Below, in pieces: positions 1 through 10,157 of a DNA stretch of 64,000 bases (the stretch's first letter is position 1; each line of letters starts with the position of its first letter). The notes under the pieces were generated by a model. That model searched no databases. It worked only from the letters and a program-made list of their open reading frames with translations, and had not been told where the DNA came from. The DNA is from a virus: IMG/VR virus record IMGVR_UViG_3300045988_168409; one strand, given 5' to 3'. The translations under genes were made by a program, and so were the position numbers.

Positions 1-67
1 CATGAAGACCATCGACGATCTCGACGCGGGAGCTAAAGGGCTTCTTGCTGACACTACAAAGGAGTGA
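1..67 (+). CDS. 3' end of an upstream ORF (partial, unknown structural-module protein)
   Basis: Frame open from window edge, ...DLDAGAKGLLADTTKE then TGA 65-67, immediately before the tube gene. Confidence 0.3.
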   Translation, partial: MKTIDDLDAGAKGLLADTTKE

Positions 68-76
68 CTTTCGATT

Positions 77-1210
77 ATGAACTACACGTTTAAGCCCGAC
101 TATATGTTCACCAAGGGCATTGTGTATGCGGAGTTCTTTGACCCCGCTACCGACAACCTCGTTGGCTTTTCCAAGTACGTCACCGATTTCGGCCTGAACG
201 GCAGCATGAATAGCGGCGACGTGGAAGGCGGCCCCGGAAACATGCTCGTCATGTGCATCCCCGACACGGCCCGCCTTGCTGTTACGGCGAAGACGGCGGA
301 CAGCGCGCTCAACAACATGGCGATCACCATCGGCAGCGACCTTGCTGCCAACGGCGTTGTGGAGACCAGCACCGTTGTTACCGCAACGGGCGCCAATCTG
401 ACCATCAACAACGCGGTGGCTCCGCTCGGCGGTTCCAACGGCGCGGTTGCCTACGTTCTGACGAGCTCCGGCTCGGACAAGGCGACGGTCGAGCAGAACA
501 GCGGCACGGCGTATCCCGTGTCCTCCGCCGGCGTTATCACCGGCTTCACGGCAGTCAGCGGCAACAGCTACTGTGTGAAGTACTTCGTGCAGAACTCCAG
601 CGCTCTGCAGCTCGGCATTCCGGCGCTCTTCCAGCCGAAGGTCGTGCGTGCGCACTTCGCCGTCAACTGCTACGCGAAGAAGACCGGCTCGGATGTTATG
701 GCGTCGAGTCTCTACAAGATCCGCCATTACTACATCCCGTACTACTTCTTCACCAACGGTATGCAGGACAGCGTTGGGCAGACCTCTACCGGCAGCGTTG
801 ACCTCTCCGGCAACTGCCTGACCTACGAGGAGGCCGTCGGAGCCGGTCTGTGCGACAACTCCGGTTCTCAGTCCTACGGTTTCATCGTGGACGAGTTCAT
901 CGGCAGCGACACGAGCACCTATGGCGTGGACGGCATCTACTTCATCGGTCTCGGCTCCGGCGCGTCTGTTGTCCACGGCGAGACGATCACCCTGCCGGTG
1001 AAGTATTCGGTCGGCGGCATCCTTGCCAATATCTCCGATATGAGCAAGGTCACGTTCGCGTCCGCGGCGGCGGCCACGGCCAAGTTCAACGACGCGCACA
1101 GCAATGTGCTGTCCGGCGTTGCGGCGGGCAATACCACCGTTACTGTGAGCGTTACCAATACGCTCACCAACGAGACCTATACGGACACGATCCCCGTGAC
1201 CGTTACCTGA
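77..1210 (+). CDS. Major tail (tube) protein candidate with C-terminal Ig-like (Big_2-type) domain
   Basis: 377 aa; AAGGAG at 59-64; position upstream of tape measure; C-terminus ...VTFASAAAATAKFNDAHSNVLSGVAAGNTTVTVSVTN...IPVTVT looks like a bacterial Ig-like domain, common on siphovirus tube proteins. Confidence 0.6.
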   Translation: MNYTFKPDYMFTKGIVYAEFFDPATDNLVGFSKYVTDFGLNGSMNSGDVEGGPGNMLVMCIPDTARLAVTAKTADSALNNMAITIGSDLAANGVVETSTVVTATGANLTINNAVAPLGGSNGAVAYVLTSSGSDKATVEQNSGTAYPVSSAGVITGFTAVSGNSYCVKYFVQNSSALQLGIPALFQPKVVRAHFAVNCYAKKTGSDVMASSLYKIRHYYIPYYFFTNGMQDSVGQTSTGSVDLSGNCLTYEEAVGAGLCDNSGSQSYGFIVDEFIGSDTSTYGVDGIYFIGLGSGASVVHGETITLPVKYSVGGILANISDMSKVTFASAAAATAKFNDAHSNVLSGVAAGNTTVTVSVTNTLTNETYTDTIPVTVT

Positions 1211-1217
1211 GCATGAT

Positions 1218-1250
1218 AAAGCCCCGATCCGGCATCGGGTCGGGGCTTTC
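1218..1250 (+). terminator. Hairpin after tube gene (weak terminator/attenuator)
   Basis: GCCCCGA (1221-1227) pairs with TCGGGGC (1240-1246), followed by TTT; short U-tract only. Confidence 0.35.
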
Positions 1251-1312
1251 CCCCTGCTTCGCTGAAAGCGCGTGAAATATCACGCTTTTTCCGGGAACCA
1301 GGAGTGATTTTC

Positions 1313-1732
1313 ATGAGCGTACTGGACCAGTATTACACTATCCGTTCAAGCATACAAAGCGCCGTAGCCTCCGCGCAGTCCGAACTGGCGGCGGGGCTGA
1401 AAGCGGCTATCCGGCGCTCGGCGGACGAGCGGGTATACAGCTATGAGGCGTCGCCGTGGGCGATGGAGCGCCGCCGGTATCAGCTCGGCGCAGACAATAA
1501 TCTCTCTGCCGTTATCAGCGACGACAGCGTGGAGATCACCAACGAGACGACGCTGCAGACCAACGGAAGCGAGCCGGAAACGCCGTGGGTAGAATCCGGC
1601 TACCGTCAGGGCGACGCCGGGCCGCGCCCGTTCATGGAAGAAGCGCTGCGGGATTTTGTGGATTCCAGCGAGGCGGAGGCCATCGTCGTATCGGCGCTGT
1701 TGGCGGCGGGGTTTGAGATAGAAGTGAGTTAA
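1313..1732 (+). CDS. Tail-module protein in the chaperone slot (function uncertain)
   Basis: 139 aa from ATG 1313 (AGGAG 8 nt upstream; track start GTG 1304); ...GPRPFMEEAL... is reminiscent of HK97 gp10-type tail-completion proteins; no -1 frame extension downstream. Confidence 0.55.
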   Translation: MSVLDQYYTIRSSIQSAVASAQSELAAGLKAAIRRSADERVYSYEASPWAMERRRYQLGADNNLSAVISDDSVEITNETTLQTNGSEPETPWVESGYRQGDAGPRPFMEEALRDFVDSSEAEAIVVSALLAAGFEIEVS

Positions 1733-2058
1733 CTGTTCTTCTTCCTGACTTCTTCACGAAACCGCAGAGCTTCCTGACGAGCTTTTTCCGCCCCTTCACG
1801 AACCAAAGGGCCGCCTTCGCATATCTTGCGTTGGCATTCAGCAAACGTGTTCATTGCTTCGTTATATCCCTTACGGCTTTCTTCTATACGCTTTTTTATT
1901 TCTTTATCACTGAGCCGACGACTTGGGCGAGACGTGGCACGGTCGTTGTCCATGAAAGCAAAAGAGAACGCTTCGTCCTGCGAGAACCCAAGATCCTGGT
2001 ATACGGAGGCGTCCAAGGAGATTTTAAGCGCTTTCAACCAAGAGAATTTGGAACTCAT
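1729..2058 (-). CDS. Reverse-strand moron, charged helical hypothetical protein
   Basis: 109 aa from ATG 2058 (AAAGGAAG RBS; longer track ORF reaches 2154); visibly lower GC than flanks; own promoter-like element 2081-2111. Confidence 0.6.
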   Translation of the reverse strand: MSSKFSWLKALKISLDASVYQDLGFSQDEAFSFAFMDNDRATSRPSRRLSDKEIKKRIEESRKGYNEAMNTFAECQRKICEGGPLVREGAEKARQEALRFREEVRKKNS

Positions 2059-2080
2059 ATCGTACACTTCCTTTCTACCA

Positions 2081-2111
2081 TATATGGCAAGCAGACGGCC
2101 AAAACGCAACC
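2081..2111 (-). promoter_or_regulatory. Conserved promoter-like element (copy 1 of 9)
   Basis: Gene orientation: GG TTGCGT tttggccgtctgcttgc CATATA GG; 23 nt upstream of ATG 2058. Confidence 0.6.
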
Positions 2112-2171
2112 ATTTCAATAAATAAATTTTATCACGCTTTCCGATAAAGCTCAAGTACAGGCGGTGAAAAA

Positions 2172-5100
2172 ATGGCAGATACCATTGTCCTGCGGACAGA
2201 ACTGCGAGACGGCGCCAACGTTCTGGCGCAGCTGACGCAAATCGACGCGAAGGCGAAAAGCCTGAGCGCCAAGCCGGTCACTATCGAGATCAAAGTTACC
2301 GGAGCGGCGGGGATCGAGAACCTGACACGTCAGCAGCTCGCGCTGGCTACGGCCCAGGAGCGCCGCCGCATAGCCGAAGCAAATCTTGCGGCAGCGCAGG
2401 AGCGGACGAAACAGACGGCAAAACAGTTGGCGGCGGCCAACACCCGTCTGCAGCAGGAGGTTCAGCGAAGCACCACTGAACAGGAGCGGCAGAAAACTAT
2501 CGGCGCAAAACTGGCGCTTCAGCAGGGGCAATCGGCGGCGGCCGCACAGCAGCATGCGAATGCGGAAGACCGTCTTACGAATAGCCTAAACAATGGTTCT
2601 CGCGCGGCAAAAAGCTTTGGGGATACCCTTCTCGGGTCAATAAAATCCCGCGCCATATCTGCCGCAATCAACCTTATTACTCGTTCCATCCGAGAAGCAG
2701 TTTCCACCATGAAAGAGGTGGACAGCGAACTCACCACGATCCAGAAGGTCACAGGGGCAAGCGACAGCTATATCGCCGGGCTTAACGACCGCGCTTACGA
2801 AACCGCGAGCAAATACGGCGTGGCGGCCAACGAGTTTCTGCAGAGCGTTGCCGAGTTCAGCCGCGCCGGTTACGGCGAGCTGGCGGAGGGGCTTGCCGAA
2901 GTTGCCACGAAAACGCAGCTCGTCGGCGATATCAATTCCGAGACGGCCAATAAAATGCTTATCGCCATGGACGCGGCGTACAAACTGGGCGGCTCCGTGG
3001 AGGCGCTGTCTCTCATTGTAGATCAGGCGAACGAGATCGACAACAACTATGCGACAAGCATCGAAAAACTGGCGAGCGGCATGCCTATCGTCGCCTCGGT
3101 AGCGGCGCAGGCACACATTACGCAGGAACAGCTTCTGGCCGCGCTCGGAACGATCACGGCGAAAACGCAGGTGTCCGGCAGCGAAGCGGCGCGCGCGTTC
3201 CGCGCCATCGTCCTCAACATCATGGGTGATACCACGACGGAGGTTGAGGAAGGCGTCACCGTAACAAAAGAAGAGATCCAGAGCCTCAGCGATGTTCTGG
3301 AAGTTTACGCGAGCGACGTTGTGGAAGCAGCGAGGGCGACCGGCGAGCTCGTCAATCCGATGGAAGCCATTGCCGCGCTTTCCAAGGCGATGAAAGAAGG
3401 CGCGCTGACGGAGCAGCAGCTCATGGAGATGCTGTCCGGGCTTGGCGGAAAGCTCCGAACCAACTCGCTCGTCGCGCTCGTTGAAGGGTTTGATACCTAC
3501 AAGAAGATGCTGGGGTCTCTGGGAGACGCTGCCGGAAGCGCGGACAACGAAGTGGGCACAATGCTCACAAGCTGGCAGTCCAAAGCCAATATCCTCAAAA
3601 ACACCTGGACAGATCTGGTTCAGACAGTTGCCGGGTCCGATAAGTTCAAAGCGTTTCTCGATGATGTCAACAGCGCTTTAAGTACATTAGTCGAGTTGTT
3701 TAGCGGAGACGATACAACGTCAGAAGACTTTCGCAGCGCCTGGCAGGAAGCAGCGAATGAACGCGACGCGCTTATAGCAAAGGGCGAGAAGTTGACGGAT
3801 CAGGAAGAACTCCGCCTTAACTATCTACGGGAACAAACAAAGGAACTGGCGCGGCAGGCGCTATATGCCGAAAGAGAAGAAATAAGAACACGGCTCGAGG
3901 ATCAAAGGGCGACTCCCGATTATGTCTGGATGAGCGCGGGTGCAGACGCGACAAACAAGAACACCCTGTTAAACCAGCTTGGGGCCTTAAATAGCGACTA
4001 CTACCAGACCGGCGCGAAAACTCTTTCACAGTATCGGGACGGGCTGAAAGCGCTTAGCGAGCAGTATCAAGGATACGCCACTGTCCTGGAAGAGGCACAG
4101 GACGCAGGGCTCAAGCTGAATCAGGCAGACGAACGAGCACTGTGGGCGTGGGAGCAGCTGCAAAGCGCCATTAGTACTCTCAACCATTTAACGGGAGAAT
4201 CAACAGAAGAAACCGAAACCAGCACGGACACTGCTTCCGACAATGCGGACGCAGTGGATAAACAGGCGGAGTCCTATGAATCGCTCTCTGACCGCGTAAA
4301 GGACGCGACCAGCGCGATAGACAGCTTTAAGAAGGCGGCGGCGTCCGATCAGGACGACGGATTTCAGGACATGGCGGACGCTTACGCGAAAACCATGGAG
4401 GAGATCGCCAACGGGCGCATCAGCAGCAACACGGCGCAGGCGGGCTATGGTCTGTTCTTATCTGATAAGGAGCGCGAAGCTCTCGAAAATGATCCGCAGA
4501 AAATGGCGGCATACATTCAGGGGCTTGAAGGGCTGAAAGCCATGCTCAGCGGCGGCGGAGAGGATGCCGGAGCCGGGTTTGCACAGTGGCTCTATAATGC
4601 GGCGGATGCGGAAGGAAAACTCCGCGACGAAAACGGAAAGCTGCTGGCGTCTTTTGAGAAAACGGACAGCGGGCTCAGCTTCACCGTGGAGAGTCTGCAG
4701 GATCTCGCCGACTACACCGGAGTTTCGGAGGACGTTATCCTATCCTGGGCGGAGGCCATGGGTGTCTACGGATCGGAAATCTACAACGCGGGCGATCAGG
4801 CACTCAAACTTGCCGAAGACGTAGGCGCGCTGACGAAGGCAGCAGACGGGACGCAAAATGTTGATCTTGACAAATTCCGCAAAGGCTTGAGCGAAGCCGG
4901 AAAAAGTCAGGAGGAAATCGAAGGGCTTGTTTCTACGCTTCAGAGCATCGATGGGATCACTTTCGAGGCGACAGAAAGCGCGCTCAATGAGGTATCCGAG
5001 TCCGTTGATTCATTGCCCGAAGATGTAAATATCAAGCTCATGGCCGATGCCGTACCAGCGCTGGGGGCTATTCAGGAAGTAGAATCCACATTGTCCGGCC

Positions 5101-6431
5101 TGACCGGGAAAAACTGGACGGTCCGCATTGGCGCGAACATCGCGGGATTTAATATAGGACACAAAGCCTCGGGCGGCAAGAGCTCCGGCGGCGGTCTTAC
5201 GCTTGTCAACGAGCAGGGACCGGAGATCATTCAGGAAGGCAGCACGGCGCGCATTGCCGGAGGCGGCGAGCCTACGGTAACGATGCTGGCACCCGGCGCA
5301 ATGGTGTACACGGCGCCGCAGACGCGCCGGATGCTGCACGGACAGCGGCCGGCCGGCCTGTTTCGGGCGGCGGCGAAAGGCTACTACGACCCGACGGGAG
5401 AGCTCGGAAACCCCGACAAGGGCAAGTTTTATGTCCCCGGTCTTTCCGGGAACGCCGGCGGAAACAGCGGCGGAGGCGGCGGTTCCGGCGGCTCCGGCGG
5501 CGGAGGCAACAGCGAATACTGGAAAGAGCTGCAGGAAGCGATGGACAAGAAGTTCGACGAAGCGGAAAAAGCCCGCAAAGCCGAACTTGCCGATCTGGAT
5601 GCGCAGCTGGAAGCGCTTAAAAAGGCGCGAGACACCGAGGAAGACCGGTTGGAGCTCGAGGAGAAGATCCTCGCTGTTACGGAGGCGCAGGCAAAGCTTG
5701 CCAACGCGCAGGCGGAGCGCAATGTGCGCATGTACAACGCCGCTACCGGCCAGTGGGAATGGATCGCCGACCAGAAGGCGGTGCAGAGCGCCAAAGACCA
5801 GCTCAAGAAGGCGCAGGATGCGCTCGACAAATTCCGAAAGGATCAGGAATACGACGCGGCGGTTGCCGCCATCAAGGCGCAGCAGGACGCGGTTAACGCC
5901 CGGTACGACGAGCTGGAAAACAAGTGGAAAGAGATCCTTGAGTCCGTGGAAGAGCCGCTGCGAGAGATCGCGGACATTCTGGCGGATGTCGCCAGATCCG
6001 GCACCGACCGGCAGAAGGGCGAGACGGCCAATGTCAAGTCTCTTGCGGAGCTGATCGCCAATTTTATCGCAACGAACCCGTCCGGCTGGAAGCTTCCCGG
6101 CTACGACTCCGGCGGCGTGCTGCGCGGCATGGGCGGCGTGAAGGCCACGGGCGAGGACGAGATCGTTCTCGGACCGGCGCTTTCCGCCAAAATCCTAACG
6201 CCGACGCCGAACGCGCAGTTTGACGCTTTCGCAAGGGCTCTGGGCGCTGTTTACGGCATGCCCAATGCCGCCGGGATACCCACGACGCCGACGAACTCCT
6301 ACGGAGCCTCTGCGGACAGCCACGACACGGTATATTCGTTCCCGGGCGGCATCAACCTTACCGAGCAGCAGGCGAACACCACAACGCTCGGAGAGCTTGC
6401 ACGGCAGCTGCGGATACTGAATCTCACCTGA
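2172..6431 (+). CDS. Tail tape measure protein
   Basis: 1419 aa, coiled-coil-rich; core ...SIEKLASGMPIVASVAAQAHITQEQLLAALGTITAKTQVSGSEAARAFRAIVLNIMG typical of TP901-type tape measures; Gly-rich tract GNAGGNSGGGGGSGGSGGGGN. Confidence 0.9.
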   Translation: MADTIVLRTELRDGANVLAQLTQIDAKAKSLSAKPVTIEIKVTGAAGIENLTRQQLALATAQERRRIAEANLAAAQERTKQTAKQLAAANTRLQQEVQRSTTEQERQKTIGAKLALQQGQSAAAAQQHANAEDRLTNSLNNGSRAAKSFGDTLLGSIKSRAISAAINLITRSIREAVSTMKEVDSELTTIQKVTGASDSYIAGLNDRAYETASKYGVAANEFLQSVAEFSRAGYGELAEGLAEVATKTQLVGDINSETANKMLIAMDAAYKLGGSVEALSLIVDQANEIDNNYATSIEKLASGMPIVASVAAQAHITQEQLLAALGTITAKTQVSGSEAARAFRAIVLNIMGDTTTEVEEGVTVTKEEIQSLSDVLEVYASDVVEAARATGELVNPMEAIAALSKAMKEGALTEQQLMEMLSGLGGKLRTNSLVALVEGFDTYKKMLGSLGDAAGSADNEVGTMLTSWQSKANILKNTWTDLVQTVAGSDKFKAFLDDVNSALSTLVELFSGDDTTSEDFRSAWQEAANERDALIAKGEKLTDQEELRLNYLREQTKELARQALYAEREEIRTRLEDQRATPDYVWMSAGADATNKNTLLNQLGALNSDYYQTGAKTLSQYRDGLKALSEQYQGYATVLEEAQDAGLKLNQADERALWAWEQLQSAISTLNHLTGESTEETETSTDTASDNADAVDKQAESYESLSDRVKDATSAIDSFKKAAASDQDDGFQDMADAYAKTMEEIANGRISSNTAQAGYGLFLSDKEREALENDPQKMAAYIQGLEGLKAMLSGGGEDAGAGFAQWLYNAADAEGKLRDENGKLLASFEKTDSGLSFTVESLQDLADYTGVSEDVILSWAEAMGVYGSEIYNAGDQALKLAEDVGALTKAADGTQNVDLDKFRKGLSEAGKSQEEIEGLVSTLQSIDGITFEATESALNEVSESVDSLPEDVNIKLMADAVPALGAIQEVESTLSGLTGKNWTVRIGANIAGFNIGHKASGGKSSGGGLTLVNEQGPEIIQEGSTARIAGGGEPTVTMLAPGAMVYTAPQTRRMLHGQRPAGLFRAAAKGYYDPTGELGNPDKGKFYVPGLSGNAGGNSGGGGGSGGSGGGGNSEYWKELQEAMDKKFDEAEKARKAELADLDAQLEALKKARDTEEDRLELEEKILAVTEAQAKLANAQAERNVRMYNAATGQWEWIADQKAVQSAKDQLKKAQDALDKFRKDQEYDAAVAAIKAQQDAVNARYDELENKWKEILESVEEPLREIADILADVARSGTDRQKGETANVKSLAELIANFIATNPSGWKLPGYDSGGVLRGMGGVKATGEDEIVLGPALSAKILTPTPNAQFDAFARALGAVYGMPNAAGIPTTPTNSYGASADSHDTVYSFPGGINLTEQQANTTTLGELARQLRILNLT

Positions 6432-6448
6432 AAGGAGACGGAAATCGT

Positions 6449-6730
6449 ATGATGCAGGATGCCAAAGCCTTTTGGGACGCGATGCGGAGCCATGTGGCGC
6501 GGCTGTGCCGGCAGGAGACGGCAAACGCTCTCCGCGCAGAGCGGTACGACGTTACGACCGCGCCGGACGGAAAGGTCATCGGCGTGAGACAGCCCTTCGG
6601 GGCACAGGAGATAAAGATACCCTACGCGGCGGAGGTAGCCTCCGCCGCCGTGGGGGACACGGTGCTGGTGGTCTGGTGGGGGTCGATGAGCAACGCGAAG
6701 GCGTGGTTCTTCGGCTCCGGACCGGCATAA
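6449..6730 (+). CDS. Small tail-module protein, hypothetical
   Basis: 93 aa, AAAGGAG RBS, 17 nt after tape measure stop. Confidence 0.55.
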   Translation: MMQDAKAFWDAMRSHVARLCRQETANALRAERYDVTTAPDGKVIGVRQPFGAQEIKIPYAAEVASAAVGDTVLVVWWGSMSNAKAWFFGSGPA

Positions 6731-6742
6731 AGGGGTGAAACA

Positions 6743-8623
6743 ATGCTCAATCAACCATCCAATATCTCCCCGGACGAAATCAACGGAAGCGGATGCGTAG
6801 ACATCTCGCAGGACATGGACGTGAGCTGGCAGGTGAGCGGCGATTCCCCGATGAGCGCCTATCAGATCACGCTTTATAAAAACGATACCGCCTCCACAAG
6901 GCTGTACAGCACGGGGAAAACCACGCTTTCCACGCCGTGGTGGGGCGTGAACTACGCCGGAGACGTTGCTTTTTTCGCCGCGCAGATCGAGGCGGCAAAT
7001 ATGAGCGCCGCAGGTATGGCAAACGGCAACGAATACAAAATGCTCATCGTACAGTGGTTCGCCTCCAATGACGCGGGCGTTTTGTACACGGCGAGCGGAG
7101 CGGTAGCCGCCGGACAGTATTATTTCCGGATCAGCGATGCGGAATATGCCGTTTTCACGCTCGATCGGGCGCTTGCCTCCGGCGACTCCATCCGCTACAG
7201 CACGAAAAACCATACTCTCGCTGTGACGGCGAGCGGATTTTTCTACACGCTGACCGTTACCAGGGCGGCAGAAGCCGCCGGAACGGAGCTGACAGGTACA
7301 GCCTACAGCGGCGGCGATGAATATGTTCTTCAGACGACACCGGCGCTTTTCCTTGCCAGAAGCACACCGACGCTCTCCATCAATGCGATCCCTTCTCCGG
7401 TGAGCGTAAAGGAATATTCTTTCACGGCGACGTACTCTCAGGCGCAGGGCGATTCCATCAACTGGGTCCGTTGGCGGATTGCCGATAAGGACGATACAGC
7501 GAACCCGTTTGTGGATACGGGGAAAATCTCCGGAACAGGCGAGCTGCGGGTCGATTATAACGGATTTCTCACCGGGAACGCCTACTCCATACAATGCACC
7601 GTGGAGACGGCCAACGGCGTGAGCGTTACGACGGGGTGGGTGGACTTTAATGTTTCCTATACCGTGAGCGAGACGACCGGCAACGTGACGGCGTGCCAGC
7701 TTGCAAACGAGCCGTGCGTTTACGTCAAGTGGACGCCGGATGTTCTGGCACAGGGCTATACGGTGCTGCGCCGGACGGTGGGCGATACGAAGCTCAAGAA
7801 GCTGGCCTATGTCGGCGCGAACGTCAGCGAGCTGCGCGACTACAGTGCCAAATCCGGGGAATCGTATGTGTATTACGTTTTCCCCGAAGGCGCGCTCGTC
7901 TATCTCACGACCCCGATGGTGTCGAACGAGGCGCCGGTACAGTTCTGGTTCTGGGCGATCCTTGAGACGGAATACGACGCGCAGACGCAGTACTACAACG
8001 TTGTTGCGGCGTACTTTTTCCGGTACGGCAAGGACGGAGTGAGCGCCGGGTCCGTTTCCAACAACAACACGCCGACGCTCGAACGCAACTTCACCCGGTA
8101 TCCAACGAGACAGCCGGACGCCTCCAATTACCTTGCCGGAACGCTTTCCGGGTTCATCGGCGGATTTATCAACGGCAAGGCGTACAAGGACACCGTGAAG
8201 CAGTTCGACGCGCTCATGGCGCTGAGCAATTCAGATAATACGCTGTTTCTTCTCAACCCGAAGGGACACTTCCTCCGCATCCACACGGCGAGCGCCACGG
8301 CGATCAGCATCGACTACAAGAGCCGGGTGATGCCGCAGACGGGGACGATCTCCTGGGCTGAGGTCGGGAGTACGGACGGCGTTTCCATCGTTTCCGCAGA
8401 CGGCAGCCAGTTCTACCCGACGGACAACATCGTGTTCACGACGATCACCATCGACCCGGCAACGGGACGGCTGCTCTGGACGACGGACACGCCTTACGAA
8501 AACGGCTCTGTGCTGTCGCTCAACGAGGACGGCGAGCTTCTTCAGACGGCGAACGGCTCCTTCACTCCGGCCAGCATGGCGCTCGATGCGAACACCGGGA
8601 CGCTGACGGCTACCGTCCGCTGA
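6743..8623 (+). CDS. Distal tail protein (Dit)-like with N-terminal FN3-like extension
   Basis: 626 aa; position after tape measure; central/C-terminal ...NYLAGTLSGFIGGFINGKAYKDTVKQFDALMAL...LLNPKGHFLRIH resembles siphovirus tail-component proteins; C-terminal 59-aa module shared with ORF 11073-11420. Confidence 0.55.
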   Translation: MLNQPSNISPDEINGSGCVDISQDMDVSWQVSGDSPMSAYQITLYKNDTASTRLYSTGKTTLSTPWWGVNYAGDVAFFAAQIEAANMSAAGMANGNEYKMLIVQWFASNDAGVLYTASGAVAAGQYYFRISDAEYAVFTLDRALASGDSIRYSTKNHTLAVTASGFFYTLTVTRAAEAAGTELTGTAYSGGDEYVLQTTPALFLARSTPTLSINAIPSPVSVKEYSFTATYSQAQGDSINWVRWRIADKDDTANPFVDTGKISGTGELRVDYNGFLTGNAYSIQCTVETANGVSVTTGWVDFNVSYTVSETTGNVTACQLANEPCVYVKWTPDVLAQGYTVLRRTVGDTKLKKLAYVGANVSELRDYSAKSGESYVYYVFPEGALVYLTTPMVSNEAPVQFWFWAILETEYDAQTQYYNVVAAYFFRYGKDGVSAGSVSNNNTPTLERNFTRYPTRQPDASNYLAGTLSGFIGGFINGKAYKDTVKQFDALMALSNSDNTLFLLNPKGHFLRIHTASATAISIDYKSRVMPQTGTISWAEVGSTDGVSIVSADGSQFYPTDNIVFTTITIDPATGRLLWTTDTPYENGSVLSLNEDGELLQTANGSFTPASMALDANTGTLTATVR

Positions 8624-8636
8624 GGAGGGAGGCGGC

Positions 8637-10145
8637 ATGAGCGACAAAACGATTATCGGCGCGGAGAACCGGTATGCGGCGTATCTGAACGCGCTGAAGA
8701 CCGACTTCACAAAGGTGACGCGCCTGGAATTTCTGACACCGAGCGGCAGTGTGGGATACGCGCTCGACAACGACTATAAAAACCGGCGGTCGGGCGCGTT
8801 TCTCCAGCAGGGAGCGATCTCCTGCAATCTTCAGAATGGCGCGCGCCGGCAGGCGGATATTACGCTTTCCAATCTGGACGAAGAATACAACTACGCCGTG
8901 GGGCAGATATGGTTCGGACAGCAGATCCGCATTCTGGAAGGGCTGCTTCTGCCGGACGGGACGGAATATCTCATCCCGCAGGGGATCTTCGAGATCGTCA
9001 CGCCGAAGGAAACCGTCACGCCGGACACGAAGACCGTTACCTACCATTTGACGGACAAATGGGCGAATCTGGACGGCACGCTCCGCGGGAATCTGGAAGG
9101 GGCGTACTCGGTGGCGGCGGGAAGCAACATTTTCGAGGCCATCGACTCCGTGCTCCGGCTCGACCGGTTCACGATGGACAACAACGGGACGAGCCCTCTT
9201 GACGCGGCCAAGCCGATCTTTACCGGCTATTACAACCACATGACGCAGACGCTCTCAGACGGCACGCTGTGGCCGCTTACGACGACGCCATATACATACC
9301 TTTCCGCAGACAATGAAACGCTTGCAGACGTGGTTCTGGGGCTGTGCGAGATGCTGGCGGCGTGGGTAGGATATAACCACATCGGAAGGCTCATCGTTGA
9401 CCCATCGCAGGACGATATCGCCGACGCTACGAAGCCGGTGCTGTGGAACTTCACCGACGCGGAAAAGCAGTTTCTCGGCGCGGAGTATACATTCCGGAAT
9501 ACAGAGGTCTACAACGACATCATTGTTGCGGGGGCAACATCTGACGAAGGACGGACGGCGCGGGCGCGGGTGCAGAACCGCGACCCTGCCTCCGACACCT
9601 GCATCAGCCGCATCGGGCTAAAGACGCAGCGGCTCGAAATGCCGAACTACTATTCGGACGAGATATGCCGCGATTATGCAGAGTGGAAACTGAAGCGAAC
9701 CACGGCGCTCACGAAAGAGGTGGCGATTACCTCAACACAGATGTTCCACATTGTGGAAAACGAGATCGTGACGGTGGTGCGCAACGACAAGCAGGGACAC
9801 CCCGCGGAGCGGTTCGTTGTACAGGGGTTCACCCGCCCGCTCGGACAGCAGGGGACGATGACGATCAACGCGGTGAGCGTGAACGACTATCCGCAGATAA
9901 CGACTGTTGCCGACGTCATTTCCGGCACGGCGCCGAGCCCCGATAATCCGGAGAACCCCGACGATCCCAAGCCGAACCCCGGCATCGATACGGATCTCAC
10001 GTTCAGCGACGATTTCTCCACAGAGAACGGCGTTGTGAGCCTCGTGAAGGCGCAGACACCGGAGGAAGGCAACGAACACCCCATCACATCGGCAGCGGTC
10101 AGCGAATCCATAGGGAACATCAACGCGCTGCTTGCGGAAATATAA
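8637..10145 (+). CDS. Tail hub / tail-associated protein (Tal-like)
   Basis: 502 aa; position after Dit; N-terminal region (...QIWFGQQIRILEGLLLPDGTEYLIPQGIFEI...TYHLTDKWANLDG) resembles prophage tail endopeptidase-type N-termini. Confidence 0.55.
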   Translation: MSDKTIIGAENRYAAYLNALKTDFTKVTRLEFLTPSGSVGYALDNDYKNRRSGAFLQQGAISCNLQNGARRQADITLSNLDEEYNYAVGQIWFGQQIRILEGLLLPDGTEYLIPQGIFEIVTPKETVTPDTKTVTYHLTDKWANLDGTLRGNLEGAYSVAAGSNIFEAIDSVLRLDRFTMDNNGTSPLDAAKPIFTGYYNHMTQTLSDGTLWPLTTTPYTYLSADNETLADVVLGLCEMLAAWVGYNHIGRLIVDPSQDDIADATKPVLWNFTDAEKQFLGAEYTFRNTEVYNDIIVAGATSDEGRTARARVQNRDPASDTCISRIGLKTQRLEMPNYYSDEICRDYAEWKLKRTTALTKEVAITSTQMFHIVENEIVTVVRNDKQGHPAERFVVQGFTRPLGQQGTMTINAVSVNDYPQITTVADVISGTAPSPDNPENPDDPKPNPGIDTDLTFSDDFSTENGVVSLVKAQTPEEGNEHPITSAAVSESIGNINALLAEI

Positions 10146-10157
10146 GGAGGGAACAAC

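Noticed and set aside
1632-2172. Programmed -1 frameshift (G/G-T chaperone) downstream of ORF 1313-1732
   Set aside because: No open plus-strand frame continues past 1732 with protein-like sequence. Plus-strand ORFs 1826-2125 and 1831-2121 are antisense to the moron and look non-genuine.
6299-7594. 431-aa minus-strand ORF opposite the Dit-like gene. Similar long antisense ORFs are 2151-2555, 8231-9239, 9732-10994, 13646-14482, 14233-15096, 54923-56731, 56788-58503, 58777-60393, 61126-62583 and 62499-63723.
   Set aside because: They mirror well-supported plus-strand genes, are Arg/Gly/His/Pro-rich low-complexity translations typical of antisense frames in GC-rich DNA, lack RBSs, and have no operon logic.
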